Assembly: GCA_965372535.1 (NCBI GenBank)
Contig: CBDVCR010000001.1
Location: forward strand, 11,290-75,289
Reading direction: 5' to 3'
Length of the DNA: 64,000 nt
DNA from: an uncultured bacterium
GTDB lineage: Bacteria; Nitrospirota; Thermodesulfovibrionia; Thermodesulfovibrionales; JdFR-86
A program made the position numbers and the translations under genes. Shown here in pieces: positions 18,872 to 29,195 of the stretch (position 1 is the stretch's first letter; each line of letters begins with the position of its first letter). The notes below the pieces were generated by a model. That model worked only from the letters and a program-made list of their open reading frames with translations. It made no database searches and was not told the DNA's origin.

Positions 18872-19378
18872 ATGGGCGAGTCATATTCATGGTTTGTGCT
18901 TTACGTCAAATCAAGGCATGAGTTCGTAACCCGGAACGAACTGGCCGGAAAAGGCATAGAGACCTTGCTTCCGTCCGCCAAACGCTACAGGTTATGGAGC
19001 GACAGGAGGAAGCTGGTGGAGTTCCCTCTCTTTCCGGGGTATCTTTTTGTCCATATCCATCCCGACCCGGAATCATACGTAAGCGTCCTCAAGGCCAGGG
19101 GCGCGGTGACGTTTGTCGCCCTCGAATCGAGCAATCCCACGCCAGTGCCGTCCGGGGAGATACGGTCGCTGAAAGCAGTCGTCGAAAGCGGCAAGGAGAT
19201 GGACATCTACCCGGAACTGAGGGAAGGCGCCAGGGTCAGGGTCAGGCGAGGACCTCTTGCCGGGGCCGATGGGGTCCTGGAGCGCAAGGGTGACGGAAAC
19301 CGGTTTCTGGTAAATATACAGATTCTCGGCAGAAGCATCGGCGTAAGGATTTATGACGACGACATCGAGGCGGCCTGA
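18872..19378 (+). CDS. NusG-family transcription antiterminator paralog (RfaH/UpxY-like)
   Basis: NGN domain (WFVLYVKSRHE...FPGYLFV) plus a KOW-like segment (GARVRVRRGPLAGADGVL). Confidence 0.8.
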   Translation: MGESYSWFVLYVKSRHEFVTRNELAGKGIETLLPSAKRYRLWSDRRKLVEFPLFPGYLFVHIHPDPESYVSVLKARGAVTFVALESSNPTPVPSGEIRSLKAVVESGKEMDIYPELREGARVRVRRGPLAGADGVLERKGDGNRFLVNIQILGRSIGVRIYDDDIEAA

Positions 19379-19591
19379 GGCCGAAGGGGCCTGATACGCG
19401 GGGTTTCCGGCCCTAACCCGGCCGGGGCCGAGATGTCCGGTGGAGGCGAGACGAGCAGCTTTTCGGTTATCCCGTGTAACCGAGAAGGCGGAGCATTGCC
19501 GGAAGGGTTTTGTTCGAGGGGTTTCAAAGTCCGCCCTTTATTGGTCAGGTCGCACCCTGGCCCAGGAAGCCATGAGGTTTTATGGAGCAGG

Positions 19592-20815
19592 ATGTCTCTT
19601 AAGACCCTCGCCCCCGTCTCGATGGCAATGCTCGCGTTCGTCGGCACGGCAGAGGGCGCCACATTCAAGCTGCGGCCGTTTCTTGCCGTTGTCGAAGAGT
19701 ATAACGATAACATGCTGCTTACGAAGGAAAACAGGGTGGACGATTTCATAACGAGGGTCCAGCCCTCCATCCAGCTTGAATACGAGGCCCCCGCATGGGA
19801 ATGGGACATCGGTTACCAGTTTGACTACAGGTATTTTGCCGAGCGGACGAGGAGCGACGAGGCAACCCATACCCTCGGCGCCAAGGGGCGCATCAATGTG
19901 TTCAGGGACGTGTTTTTTATCGATATAAGAGACGACTTCGAGCGGGTGACGCTGGACGTGACGAGAGACTTTACCAGGGAAAGCCTGATTGTGAACCAGT
20001 CGGACAGGAATATTTTCGTTCTGAACCCGAACCTGATGCTGAGGCTCGCCCCCACCGTATATCTAACGCCGGGCTACATATACGGAAGTATCCGGTACGA
20101 AGACGAACGCGGCATCGACAAGACAAACAACGCGGCGTATGTGTCGATTGTCAAGGAGATGTCGGAGAAGACGACTTTCAGCCTGGGATACAGTTATACG
20201 CGGGAAGACACGGATTTCAGGGATTTTGAGAAAAACGACGTGTTTGCGGGGTCAAGGCATGAGTACGCGGAAAATTCGTATTTCTTCTTTACGGTGGGCA
20301 ATACCTGGCTCGACGTGGAAGGCGGGGACGCTTTCAGCCAGTTTTTCTGGGACACCGGACTAAGCCATGCCTTTGCCGCACTCAAAACCACCATTAAGAG
20401 CTCGCGCACGTATGATGAAAACCCCACGGGAAATTCTATACGGGTGAACAAATACGAGGCGTCCCTGGGCGAAGACCTCGAAAGGGCCTCTTTTAATGTT
20501 TCGGCTTCCTTTCGGGATTACAGGGACACGGTTACAGATGCGCTCCAGGCCAGAAGATACGGAGCGTGGGGCAGCGTCAAGTACGAGCTGAGCCCGCGAA
20601 CGGCCGGGAGCCTGAACGTTTACGGAGAAAAAATAGAGAGAAAGCAGTCGCGTTCCGACCCAAAACGCTACTCCGCCACGGTGCGGTTGGATTATATGCT
20701 TTTTAAGGATGTCCTGTTTGCCGTTTCATACCAGTATGCGAAATCCGGGTCAAAAGTCGACCTGGACGATTACGAGGTCAACAGGGTATCGGTGGAAGTG
20801 AAGAAAACGTTCTGA
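19592..20815 (+). CDS. outer-membrane beta-barrel protein of the EPS locus
   Basis: The ATG at 19592 follows GGAGCAGG. There is a signal peptide, an alternating beta-strand pattern and a C-terminal ..KKTF aromatic terminus. Confidence 0.6.
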   Translation: MSLKTLAPVSMAMLAFVGTAEGATFKLRPFLAVVEEYNDNMLLTKENRVDDFITRVQPSIQLEYEAPAWEWDIGYQFDYRYFAERTRSDEATHTLGAKGRINVFRDVFFIDIRDDFERVTLDVTRDFTRESLIVNQSDRNIFVLNPNLMLRLAPTVYLTPGYIYGSIRYEDERGIDKTNNAAYVSIVKEMSEKTTFSLGYSYTREDTDFRDFEKNDVFAGSRHEYAENSYFFFTVGNTWLDVEGGDAFSQFFWDTGLSHAFAALKTTIKSSRTYDENPTGNSIRVNKYEASLGEDLERASFNVSASFRDYRDTVTDALQARRYGAWGSVKYELSPRTAGSLNVYGEKIERKQSRSDPKRYSATVRLDYMLFKDVLFAVSYQYAKSGSKVDLDDYEVNRVSVEVKKTF

Positions 20816-20832
20816 GCGTTTTCCGAAAGGAT

Positions 20833-21981
20833 ATGAAAATGAAATCCTTCCTGAACGGCAAGGCCGCTTATCAGAAAAACAATGCGTGCTGCGAGCATTG
20901 TTCCGGACACTTGCTCGACCGGACGTTCGGACTATACGTCGAAGGACACTTCAGAGAGATACTGAACTGGGAAAGAAAGCGGACCGAGCGCTCACGGAAA
21001 CCTTTTATGCTCATGTTGCTGGGCATCGGAAAAATACCTCACGGCTTCGAAAGGGATACGGTAACAAGAAAGACGGCCAATGTGCTTTTTTCCGTTACCA
21101 GACAGACGGACCCGAAAGGCTGGTACCGGGACGGCTCCGTCATAGGCGTGATATTTACCGAGCCGCGTGAAATTGACGACACCACCGCCGACATAAAGAT
21201 ATATAAGGAGCTCTCCAGGGAATTAGGCCCGGAAGATGTGCGAAAAATCGAGATCAGCACCTTTGTTTATCCCGAAAAAAAAGGCAGGCAGGGGCAGTAC
21301 CGCCCGCCGGATTTGAACCTTTACCCCGACCTCTTGGACATGAATTTCTCGCGGAAGCTTTCCCTGTCGATAAAGAGGGCAATGGACGTCGCGGGCGCAG
21401 CCCTGGGAGCGCTTGTCTTTTCACCGTTTTTTGTAATTGTCCCGATTGCCATTATATTGTCGTCAAGGGGGCCGGTGCTTTTCAGGCAGGAAAGAGTCGG
21501 GCGGCAAGGGAGAAAGTTCATGTTCCTGAAGTTCAGGACCATGTTTGTCGGCAACGACGAGAGCGTCCACAGGGAATACGTAAAAACCCTTATACAAGCA
21601 CGGAACAATATCGATGAAGACGGAGTCTTCAAGATAAAGGACGACTCGCGTGTGACGAGAATCGGCGGATTTCTGAGGAAGAGCAGCCTCGACGAACTGC
21701 CCCAGTTTTTTAACGTGCTGAAGGGCGATATGTCCCTGGTGGGCCCACGGCCCCCCATTCCGTATGAACTCGATGACTATGACATATGGCACAGGAGGAG
21801 GGTGCTTGAGGCGAGGCCCGGCATCACGGGGCTCTGGCAGGTGGAGGGCAGGAGTTCCACTACCTTTGACGAGATGGTGAGGATGGACCTCAAGTACATC
21901 AGCGAGTGGTCGGTATGGCTTGACATCAAGATACTCCTTCAAACCCCCCGGGCCGTTCTGTCCTTCAAGGGCGCTTATTAG
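20833..21981 (+). CDS. polyprenyl-phosphate sugar phosphotransferase (bacterial sugar transferase family, priming enzyme)
   Basis: The C-terminal domain carries LDELPQFFNVLKGDMSLVGPRPP. Confidence 0.85.
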   Translation: MKMKSFLNGKAAYQKNNACCEHCSGHLLDRTFGLYVEGHFREILNWERKRTERSRKPFMLMLLGIGKIPHGFERDTVTRKTANVLFSVTRQTDPKGWYRDGSVIGVIFTEPREIDDTTADIKIYKELSRELGPEDVRKIEISTFVYPEKKGRQGQYRPPDLNLYPDLLDMNFSRKLSLSIKRAMDVAGAALGALVFSPFFVIVPIAIILSSRGPVLFRQERVGRQGRKFMFLKFRTMFVGNDESVHREYVKTLIQARNNIDEDGVFKIKDDSRVTRIGGFLRKSSLDELPQFFNVLKGDMSLVGPRPPIPYELDDYDIWHRRRVLEARPGITGLWQVEGRSSTTFDEMVRMDLKYISEWSVWLDIKILLQTPRAVLSFKGAY

Positions 21982-22031
21982 GCAAGAGGCATTGTGGAGA
22001 GCATGATAAAAAGGGCGGATAAAGCCGGAGG

Positions 22032-23039
22032 TTGAGTATGCTGAGGATAGGCGTCATAGGGTACGGCTACTGGGGTCCTAATATCGTGAGGAATTTCATG
22101 GGCAACGAGGGGTCCGAGGTCGTCACCGTGTGCGACTTGAACCGGAACGCGCTAAAACGGGCGCAAGGCTCCTATCCCAATATGAATGTCACCACGGACT
22201 GCCGTGAGATTATCGATTCCCCCCGCATCGACGCCGTTGCGATTGTCACGCAGGTCTCGACTCATTACGAGTTTGCCAGGAAGGCTCTTCTGAACGGTAA
22301 ACATGTCTTTGTGGAAAAACCTTTTACATCGAGCGTGGCCCAGGCGGAGGAGCTGATTGAGCTTGCGGAGAAGAAAAGCTTGAAGATAATGGTGGACCAC
22401 ACGTTTCTTTTTACCGGCGCCGTGAAAAAAATCAAGGAGCTGATAGACGCTGGCACACTGGGGGAGCTGTATTATTACGATTCCGTGAGGATAAACCTCG
22501 GTCTTTTCCAGCATGACGTAAACGTAATATGGGACCTCGCGCCGCACGATTTCTCAATCATGGACTACCTTGTCGGAGACAGAAGCACCGCGCTGGCGGC
22601 TTCCGGCCGGGCGCACGTCAACGGGAAAGAGGACGTGGCCTACGTAACGGTCTATTGCGAAAACGACATGATAGCCCACTTCAGCCTGAACTGGCTCTCG
22701 CCGGTCAAGGTAAGGTCGACGCTTATAGGCGGCGAGAAGAAGATGCTGGTCTGGAACGACGTCGAGCCCGACGAAAAGATCAAGGTTTACGACAGGGGCG
22801 TCGAGGTCAAGAGCACGGAAGGCATTTATGACCTGCTCGTAAGCTACCGCTCAGGCGACGTATGGGTGCCCAGGGTTGAGCAGACCGAGGCCCTCAAGCT
22901 TGAGGCCTCATATTTCATTGATTGCGTCATGAACGGTAAAACCCCGGTTAACGACGGACATGCCGGCCTCAGGGTGGTCCGGTTGCTTGAGGCGTGCAGC
23001 AAGTCGCTGGATAATAACGGGGAGGCTCAGCCCCTATGA
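22032..23039 (+). CDS. Gfo/Idh/MocA oxidoreductase (WbpB-like UDP-GlcNAcA 3-dehydrogenase candidate)
   Basis: N-terminal IGVIGYGYWGPN Rossmann motif and EKP motif; it sits next to the acetyltransferase and aminotransferase genes. Confidence 0.8.
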   Translation: MSMLRIGVIGYGYWGPNIVRNFMGNEGSEVVTVCDLNRNALKRAQGSYPNMNVTTDCREIIDSPRIDAVAIVTQVSTHYEFARKALLNGKHVFVEKPFTSSVAQAEELIELAEKKSLKIMVDHTFLFTGAVKKIKELIDAGTLGELYYYDSVRINLGLFQHDVNVIWDLAPHDFSIMDYLVGDRSTALAASGRAHVNGKEDVAYVTVYCENDMIAHFSLNWLSPVKVRSTLIGGEKKMLVWNDVEPDEKIKVYDRGVEVKSTEGIYDLLVSYRSGDVWVPRVEQTEALKLEASYFIDCVMNGKTPVNDGHAGLRVVRLLEACSKSLDNNGEAQPL

Positions 23040-23515
23040 GATACCTTTGCATAGCGGACGACGTCTGTCTGGGAAAAAACGTCAGGCTCTCGAAGTTCAT
23101 CAACCTGTATGGGTGCTCGGTGGGCGACGATACGAAGGTCGGAGCCTTCGTGGAAATACAGAGAAACGCCAGGGTCGGCAACAGGTGCAAGATATCAAGC
23201 CATACGTTCATCTGTGAGGGGGTTACCATCGAGGATAAAGTCTTTGTGGGGCATGGCGTTACGTTCATAAACGACGGCTACCCGCGCGCGGCGACTCCGG
23301 AAGGAAAACTGAAAACCGACGATGACTGGCGTGTGGAGCCGACCGTGGTCAGAAGCGGTGTCTCCATAGGGTCCGGAGCCACGATACTTTCAAACGTGAC
23401 CATCGGCGAGAACTCCCTCGTGGGCGCCGGGAGCGTGGTGACCAGGGACGTGCCGCCCGGGTCCGTGGTTGCCGGGAACCCGGCCAGGGTAGTAAGGAGA
23501 ATTAAGGATGAATAA
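23036..23515 (+). CDS. left-handed beta-helix N-acetyltransferase (WbpD-like)
   Basis: Hexapeptide repeats throughout; 4-nt overlap with the upstream gene. Confidence 0.85.
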   Translation: MRYLCIADDVCLGKNVRLSKFINLYGCSVGDDTKVGAFVEIQRNARVGNRCKISSHTFICEGVTIEDKVFVGHGVTFINDGYPRAATPEGKLKTDDDWRVEPTVVRSGVSIGSGATILSNVTIGENSLVGAGSVVTRDVPPGSVVAGNPARVVRRIKDE

Positions 23516-24701
23516 CAGGGTGCCGTTTCTGGACCTTGTGGCTCCCCATCTGGAGCTCAGGGAGGAGTTGGTAGCGGTTTTCAATGAAGCCCTCGATAAG
23601 GGCGGGTTTGTCGGCGGGCCAATGGTGGAGAACTTCGAAAGGGATTTCGCGCAATACTGCGGCACCAAGTATTGCGCAGGGGTGGGAAGCGGCACCGACG
23701 CCTTGAGGTTCGCCCTTATCGCGGCGGGCGTTAAGGATGGCGACGCGGTCGTCACCGTGCCGAACTCCTTTATCGCCACCTCGGAGGCGATTTCCCAGGC
23801 CGGCGCCTCGCCCGCGTTTGTGGACATCGATAGGCGCACTTACAACATGGACCCGGAGAAACTCCGTGAGTACCTGGAAACGCAATGCAATCTGGACGAG
23901 ACCTCGGGGAGGCCGGTTGACAGGAAAACGGGCAGGAGAGTCTCTGCCCTGATCCCCGTGCACCTTTACGGGCAGACGGCCGAGATGGACGCCATCCTGG
24001 GGCTTGCGGAGAAATACGGGTTATACGTAATCGAGGACGCGTGCCAGGCCCACGGGGCCGAATATTATTCCATAAAACAAAACCGATGGCTGAAGGCCGG
24101 CTCCATGGGCCTGGCCGCTGCCTTCAGTTTTTATCCCGGAAAAAACCTTGGGGCCTGCGGAGAGGGCGGGGCGGTCACGACGAACGACGAGGGTTTTGCG
24201 GCGAAGGTCAGGATGCTCCGGGACCACGGGCAGACCAGAAAGTACCGCCACGAGATGGAGGGCTACAACGGCAGGCTCGATGCCATACAGGCGGGCTTTT
24301 TGAGGGTAAAGCTCAGGCGCCTGACCGGATGGAACGAAAGCAGAAGGAGGAACGCCCGTTACTATGACGAACTCCTCGGAAAGGTGGGCGGTGTTGTGAC
24401 TCCACATGAGCCTTCCTGGTCGAGGGGGGTTTACCATCTCTACGTAATACGGAGTCCGGAAAGGGAAGGGATTGAGAAGCATCTTACGGAAAACCATGTT
24501 TTCACCGGGCTGCATTACCCGTGTCCGCTTCATCTGTTGAAGCCGTACGCTGGCAATGGCCACGGAGAGGGCGACTTCCCGGTTTCGGAAAACGTTTCGA
24601 GGGAAATCCTCTCTTTGCCCATGTACCCCGGGCTCAGGGACGTGCAGCAGGAGTGGGTAGCCGAGAAAATCACCGAGTACCTGGCATGCGAGTCGAAGTA
24701 A
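23508..24701 (+). CDS. DegT/DnrJ/EryC1-family PLP aminotransferase (WbpE-like)
   Basis: Full-length aminotransferase pattern, including the FYPGKNLGA region that carries the PLP lysine. Confidence 0.9.
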   Translation: MNNRVPFLDLVAPHLELREELVAVFNEALDKGGFVGGPMVENFERDFAQYCGTKYCAGVGSGTDALRFALIAAGVKDGDAVVTVPNSFIATSEAISQAGASPAFVDIDRRTYNMDPEKLREYLETQCNLDETSGRPVDRKTGRRVSALIPVHLYGQTAEMDAILGLAEKYGLYVIEDACQAHGAEYYSIKQNRWLKAGSMGLAAAFSFYPGKNLGACGEGGAVTTNDEGFAAKVRMLRDHGQTRKYRHEMEGYNGRLDAIQAGFLRVKLRRLTGWNESRRRNARYYDELLGKVGGVVTPHEPSWSRGVYHLYVIRSPEREGIEKHLTENHVFTGLHYPCPLHLLKPYAGNGHGEGDFPVSENVSREILSLPMYPGLRDVQQEWVAEKITEYLACESK

Positions 24702-25723
24702 GGATTATAAACCCGGTTGATTGTTCCGGGTGGGACGACATGCTGTTGTCCGCGCGGGGCCATTCGTTTTTTCATACCGCGGAATGGGCGCGGGTGCTCA
24801 GCGGGGCATACAGCTATACCCCCTTGTATTTCAGCGTGCTCGATAACGGCAGGCTGCTGGCCCTGATTCCGGTAATGGAAATAAACAGTGTTTTTACGGC
24901 AAAGCGCGGAATATCGCTTCCTTTTTCCGATTATTGCGAACCCATAATTGCCGAAAGAGGCCTGTTTTCCGTCGTATTCAACCGGATGATAAGATACGGG
25001 AAGAAGGCCGGGTGGAAGGTCGTCGAGCTGAGGGGCGGCAGGGGGATGCTGCAAGGCGTTGCCTCGTCGTATTTTTTCTCTCACACGCTGGACCTCACGC
25101 GGGACGAGGAGGGAATCTTTTCTAAATTCCGCAGCAATACGAAGCGGAATATCAAAAAGGCCATGAAAGAAGGGGTGTGCGTCGAGATATGTAACTCGCC
25201 CGAGTCGATAAAACAATTTTACCGCCTTAACTGTCTGACGAGGAAGGAGCACGGTCTTCCTCCACAGCCGTATTCGTTCTTCAGGAAGCTGCATGAAGAA
25301 GTCATTTCCAGGGACATGGGGTTCGTGGCTTTGGCGTCATATAAAGGGCAAAAGATAGCCGGCGCGGTATATTTCAGGTTCGGAGACACGGCGATGTACA
25401 AATACGGGGCATCTGACAGGAGGTTCCAGCACCTCAGGGCAAACAACATGGTCATGTGGGAATCGATAAAATGGCACGCGGAGAAAGGCTACAGGCGTTT
25501 TTGCTTTGGAAGAACGGAGCCTGAAAACAAGGGGTTGAGAGTTTTCAAGTCCGGGTGGGGAGGAGAGGAGAAAGTCATTTGCTATTACAAGTATGACCTG
25601 AGGAAAGAAGATTTCGTGTGCAATGGCGCAAGAGCGGGCGGTCTGCGGCGCCGGATTTTAAAAAGGATGCCCGTCCCCCTGCTGCAGGCCGCGGGAACGG
25701 TGTTGTACAAACATATGGGATAG
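24686..25723 (+). CDS. FemAB-like / GNAT-fold acyl(aminoacyl)transferase associated with PEP-CTERM loci
   Basis: The start MRVEVRIINP overlaps the upstream stop. The two-lobed FemAB-like layout includes YKYGASD..ANNMVMWE. Confidence 0.65.
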   Translation: MRVEVRIINPVDCSGWDDMLLSARGHSFFHTAEWARVLSGAYSYTPLYFSVLDNGRLLALIPVMEINSVFTAKRGISLPFSDYCEPIIAERGLFSVVFNRMIRYGKKAGWKVVELRGGRGMLQGVASSYFFSHTLDLTRDEEGIFSKFRSNTKRNIKKAMKEGVCVEICNSPESIKQFYRLNCLTRKEHGLPPQPYSFFRKLHEEVISRDMGFVALASYKGQKIAGAVYFRFGDTAMYKYGASDRRFQHLRANNMVMWESIKWHAEKGYRRFCFGRTEPENKGLRVFKSGWGGEEKVICYYKYDLRKEDFVCNGARAGGLRRRILKRMPVPLLQAAGTVLYKHMG

Positions 25724-25766
25724 GCGACGTAAAGGGCGTTCGTCTTCAAGCGCAATAATTTTTGAA

Positions 25767-26696
25767 ATGGTCACCAAAATTTACTACCATCTCAAACCGG
25801 CGATTCCGAGGGCCCTGCAGATTCATGTGCGGAGAAAATATGTCGCCCGAAAGCGTCCGAAGTGCGCCGGCATATGGCCGATTGACGAATCAGCGGGCAC
25901 TCCCCCGGCCTGGTGGAAGGGATGGCCGGAGAAAAAACAGTTTGCCCTTGTCCTTACGCACGACGTTGATACGGCAAAGGGCCAAAAAAAGTGCGGTGAT
26001 TTAATCAAGCTTGAAAAGGAAGCCGGTTTCCGTTCTTCCTTTAATTTTGTCCCCGAGCGCTATAAGGTTTCCTCTGAACTTCGTGATTATCTCATGCGAA
26101 ACGGGTTTGAAGTCGGGGTGCACGATTTGTACCATGACGGCAGGCTTTATAGCTCGAAAAAAGAGTTCGCGAAGCGGGCAGAGAAGATCAACAGGTATCT
26201 GAAGGAGTGGGATTCCGTTGGGTTCAGGTCCGGCTCGATGATGTGTAATTTACGATGGATACGCTCCCTGGACATAGAATACGATGCCTCGACTTTTGAT
26301 ACGGATCCTTTTGAGCCGCAACCTTATGGAACAGGGACCATTTTTCCATTCAGGGTGGTGGGCAACCATGGCCGAAAAGGATATATTGAACTCCCATATA
26401 CTCTCCCGCAGGATTTCACCCTTTTTGTCCTTATGCGGGAAAAGAGTATTGACATCTGGAAGAAAAAACTTGACTGGATAGTCGAATGCGGCGGCATGGC
26501 CCTCTTAAACACACACCCGGATTATATGTGCTTCGGCTCGACGGGGGCAGGCAACGAAGAGTACCAGTATAAGTATTATGAGGAGTTTCTCATGTATATG
26601 AAAACGGAATACAAGGGACAATGCTGGCACGTTTTACCAAGGGAACTGGCTGGTTTCTTTCAGGAATCGATGCCTGCGGAGACGAAGAACCAGTGA
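25767..26696 (+). CDS. polysaccharide deacetylase-family protein
   Basis: NodB-like LVLTHDVDT motif and later His-containing motifs. Confidence 0.65.
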   Translation: MVTKIYYHLKPAIPRALQIHVRRKYVARKRPKCAGIWPIDESAGTPPAWWKGWPEKKQFALVLTHDVDTAKGQKKCGDLIKLEKEAGFRSSFNFVPERYKVSSELRDYLMRNGFEVGVHDLYHDGRLYSSKKEFAKRAEKINRYLKEWDSVGFRSGSMMCNLRWIRSLDIEYDASTFDTDPFEPQPYGTGTIFPFRVVGNHGRKGYIELPYTLPQDFTLFVLMREKSIDIWKKKLDWIVECGGMALLNTHPDYMCFGSTGAGNEEYQYKYYEEFLMYMKTEYKGQCWHVLPRELAGFFQESMPAETKNQ

Positions 26697-26707
26697 GGGA
26701 CTATCAC

Positions 26708-27928
26708 ATGAGAATCTACATCGAGCGTGATGGCTGCAAGAGGAGGGGAGCCGAGGTATCGAAGCTCGGCAGGTACTTCGTTTTAAACGGCTACGAAATC
26801 GTTGACAAGCCCGAAAAAGCGGATTATATCTTATTGGCTACATGTGCGTTTAAGAGGACGGAAGAGGAGAACTCATTAAGCAGGGTCGAGGCCCTTCAGG
26901 GCTACAACGCTAAAATGATAGTCTTCGGCTGTCTTCCGGATATCGCCCCTTCCAGATTTCGGCAATTCTCGGAAATAAACCATGTTTCACCCAAAAACAT
27001 TAATAATATCGATTCATATTTCGATAACATCAGCATTAAATTCTCTGAAATCGAAGAGCAGGATGAAAGCATTAATGAGATAGAACCTACACCTTTAAAA
27101 ACCGCTTTTGCCAAGCTTCTGAGAGAATTTGAATTTTCCGGAGAAACTTTCAACAAAACAGTACGGTATGGGAAAAAGAGGGTCAAGGATGTTTTCAAAA
27201 ATAAGAAGAGTTATTACCTAATTACAAGCAGGGGATGCCTTGGAGAATGCAGTTACTGTGCAATTAAATATGCTATCGGCCCAATCAATAGCAGGCCCCT
27301 TGAAGTTGTGACGAAGGAATACAGGAAGTGTGTTGAGGCCGGATATCGTAATTTTATCGTTGCCGGCGATGATGTGGGCGCGTATGGAATTGACAGGAAC
27401 AGCAGCTTTCCGGAACTTGTGGAATGTCTTTTGGGGGAGACGTCCGATAATGGCGGGATAGGTTTCCATATAGACGAAATTCATCCAAGGTGGTTGATAC
27501 GGTACCATGACAGGTTTATTGAACTCCTTGCATCAAAGAGGATAAAGAGCGTCATGTGCCCCGTCCAATCGGGGAATAACAGGATTCTTGGACTGATGAA
27601 GAGGAATCATACCGCGGAGGAGCTTCTTCAAGTCATTGGAGGCATACAGCGGACCGACCCGGCAATAAGGCTCTCCACACAGATAATGGTCGGTTTTCCT
27701 TCCGAGACTGATGGGGAGTTTGCCGATACCCTCGAGTTCATGAAAAAAGCGCGCTTCAGCTCCGTAATAATATTTCCATATCACGAGAAGGAAAAAACCC
27801 CGGCCTCGAAGTTGCCGGACAAGATGCCGGAACATGTGATTCAGCGGCGAATTAAGGAAGCCCAGGAATATCTCAAACAGGAGAATATCCAGTATTTCTT
27901 TAACTGTGCGCATGTCGAAACAATCTGA
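26708..27928 (+). CDS. radical SAM enzyme with a methylthiotransferase-type N-terminal domain and no TRAM domain
   Basis: Three N-terminal Cys are present (DGCKRR, LATCAF, VFGCLPD). The radical-SAM motif is CLGECSYC. Confidence 0.75.
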   Translation: MRIYIERDGCKRRGAEVSKLGRYFVLNGYEIVDKPEKADYILLATCAFKRTEEENSLSRVEALQGYNAKMIVFGCLPDIAPSRFRQFSEINHVSPKNINNIDSYFDNISIKFSEIEEQDESINEIEPTPLKTAFAKLLREFEFSGETFNKTVRYGKKRVKDVFKNKKSYYLITSRGCLGECSYCAIKYAIGPINSRPLEVVTKEYRKCVEAGYRNFIVAGDDVGAYGIDRNSSFPELVECLLGETSDNGGIGFHIDEIHPRWLIRYHDRFIELLASKRIKSVMCPVQSGNNRILGLMKRNHTAEELLQVIGGIQRTDPAIRLSTQIMVGFPSETDGEFADTLEFMKKARFSSVIIFPYHEKEKTPASKLPDKMPEHVIQRRIKEAQEYLKQENIQYFFNCAHVETI

Positions 27929-29195
27929 GCCGCCTGCCGTTGCCCCCGAAGCTCTTTTAGATAACGCAAATATGTTTGGACGAGACAGAAATTCAATGCC
28001 GGCCGTTGTCCTTTCGAGCCATACCAGCGGCATGGGGGTAATATCCGCTCTCGGGTTAATGGGCGTGCCTGTGGTGGCCGTCTATTACGAGAAAAAGGAT
28101 ATGGGGTATGTTTCAAAATATGTAAAAGAGAGGATATGCGCTCCACATCCGGAAAAGCATGAAAGCGAGTTCATAAGCCTGCTTTTGGAAAAAGCCTCAC
28201 GCTACCCGGGTTGCCTGCTTATCCCGGCTGATGACGAAACACTCGGGGTGGTTTCGAGGCATAAGGCCCTGCTTGGGCGATACTACATTGTGGCATGTAC
28301 GGGCTGGGAAGTCGTGGAAAGGTTGATCGACAAAAAGTACATATATGCCCTGGCGGATGCAATCGGCATAGCGACCCCGAAAACGCTGGTTCCCGGGTCA
28401 GCCGACGACGTGGAGAGCTATGGCAGGAGCATTGAATACCCTTGCGTTGTAAAGCCATGCCAAAGTCACAGGTATTTTGAAGTTTTCAGGGTAAAGATGG
28501 TTTGCGTCGAAAACCTTGACCATATGTTGTCTGTTTACAAACAAGCCGCGGCCGTGGGTATCGAGGTTATGCTGCAGGAATACATTCCCGGCGATGATAG
28601 CCGGGGCGTGAATTATAATTCGTATTTCTGGGATGGGGAACCCTTGGTGGAGTTTACCGCGCAGAAGGTAAGGCTGTCGCCCCCCGGGTTTGGCGTCCCC
28701 CGGGTGGTGCGGAGCAAGGATATCCCGGAAATAATCGAACCGGGACGCAAGATTCTCAAGGCCCTGGGGTATTACGGGTATTCCTGCACCGAGTTTAAAA
28801 AAGACCCGCGAGACGGCGGCTATAAGTTCATGGAAGTAAACGGCCGCCACAACCGGTCCACGCTTCTTTCCGTGCGGTGCGGCATAAATTTCCCCTGGCT
28901 CGAATACAGGCACCTGATGCGTGACGAACTTCCGGCGGCGACAGGCTACAGAACCGGCGTCTACTGGATTGATGAATTCAGGGATATGTTCAGCAGCGCA
29001 AGGTACAGGAAAGAAGAACGGTATCCTTTAGGTCACTATATCCGTCCATATGTCAGCCCGCACGTATTCTCGGTGTTGCACTGGAAGGACCCCATGCCCT
29101 TTGTCAAAAGATGTGTCGACTCCATCAAGATGGTTTCCCGACATGTCCTTTCTTTTTTGAAAAACGATTTTCCGAGGAAAGAGGTGCAAAAATAA
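27906..29195 (+). CDS. ATP-grasp carboxylate-amine ligase-like enzyme
   Basis: ATP-grasp pattern (..YPCVVKP.., ..MLQEYIPG.., ..EVNGR..). The likely ATG is at 27912. Confidence 0.7.
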   Translation: MRMSKQSEPPAVAPEALLDNANMFGRDRNSMPAVVLSSHTSGMGVISALGLMGVPVVAVYYEKKDMGYVSKYVKERICAPHPEKHESEFISLLLEKASRYPGCLLIPADDETLGVVSRHKALLGRYYIVACTGWEVVERLIDKKYIYALADAIGIATPKTLVPGSADDVESYGRSIEYPCVVKPCQSHRYFEVFRVKMVCVENLDHMLSVYKQAAAVGIEVMLQEYIPGDDSRGVNYNSYFWDGEPLVEFTAQKVRLSPPGFGVPRVVRSKDIPEIIEPGRKILKALGYYGYSCTEFKKDPRDGGYKFMEVNGRHNRSTLLSVRCGINFPWLEYRHLMRDELPAATGYRTGVYWIDEFRDMFSSARYRKEERYPLGHYIRPYVSPHVFSVLHWKDPMPFVKRCVDSIKMVSRHVLSFLKNDFPRKEVQK

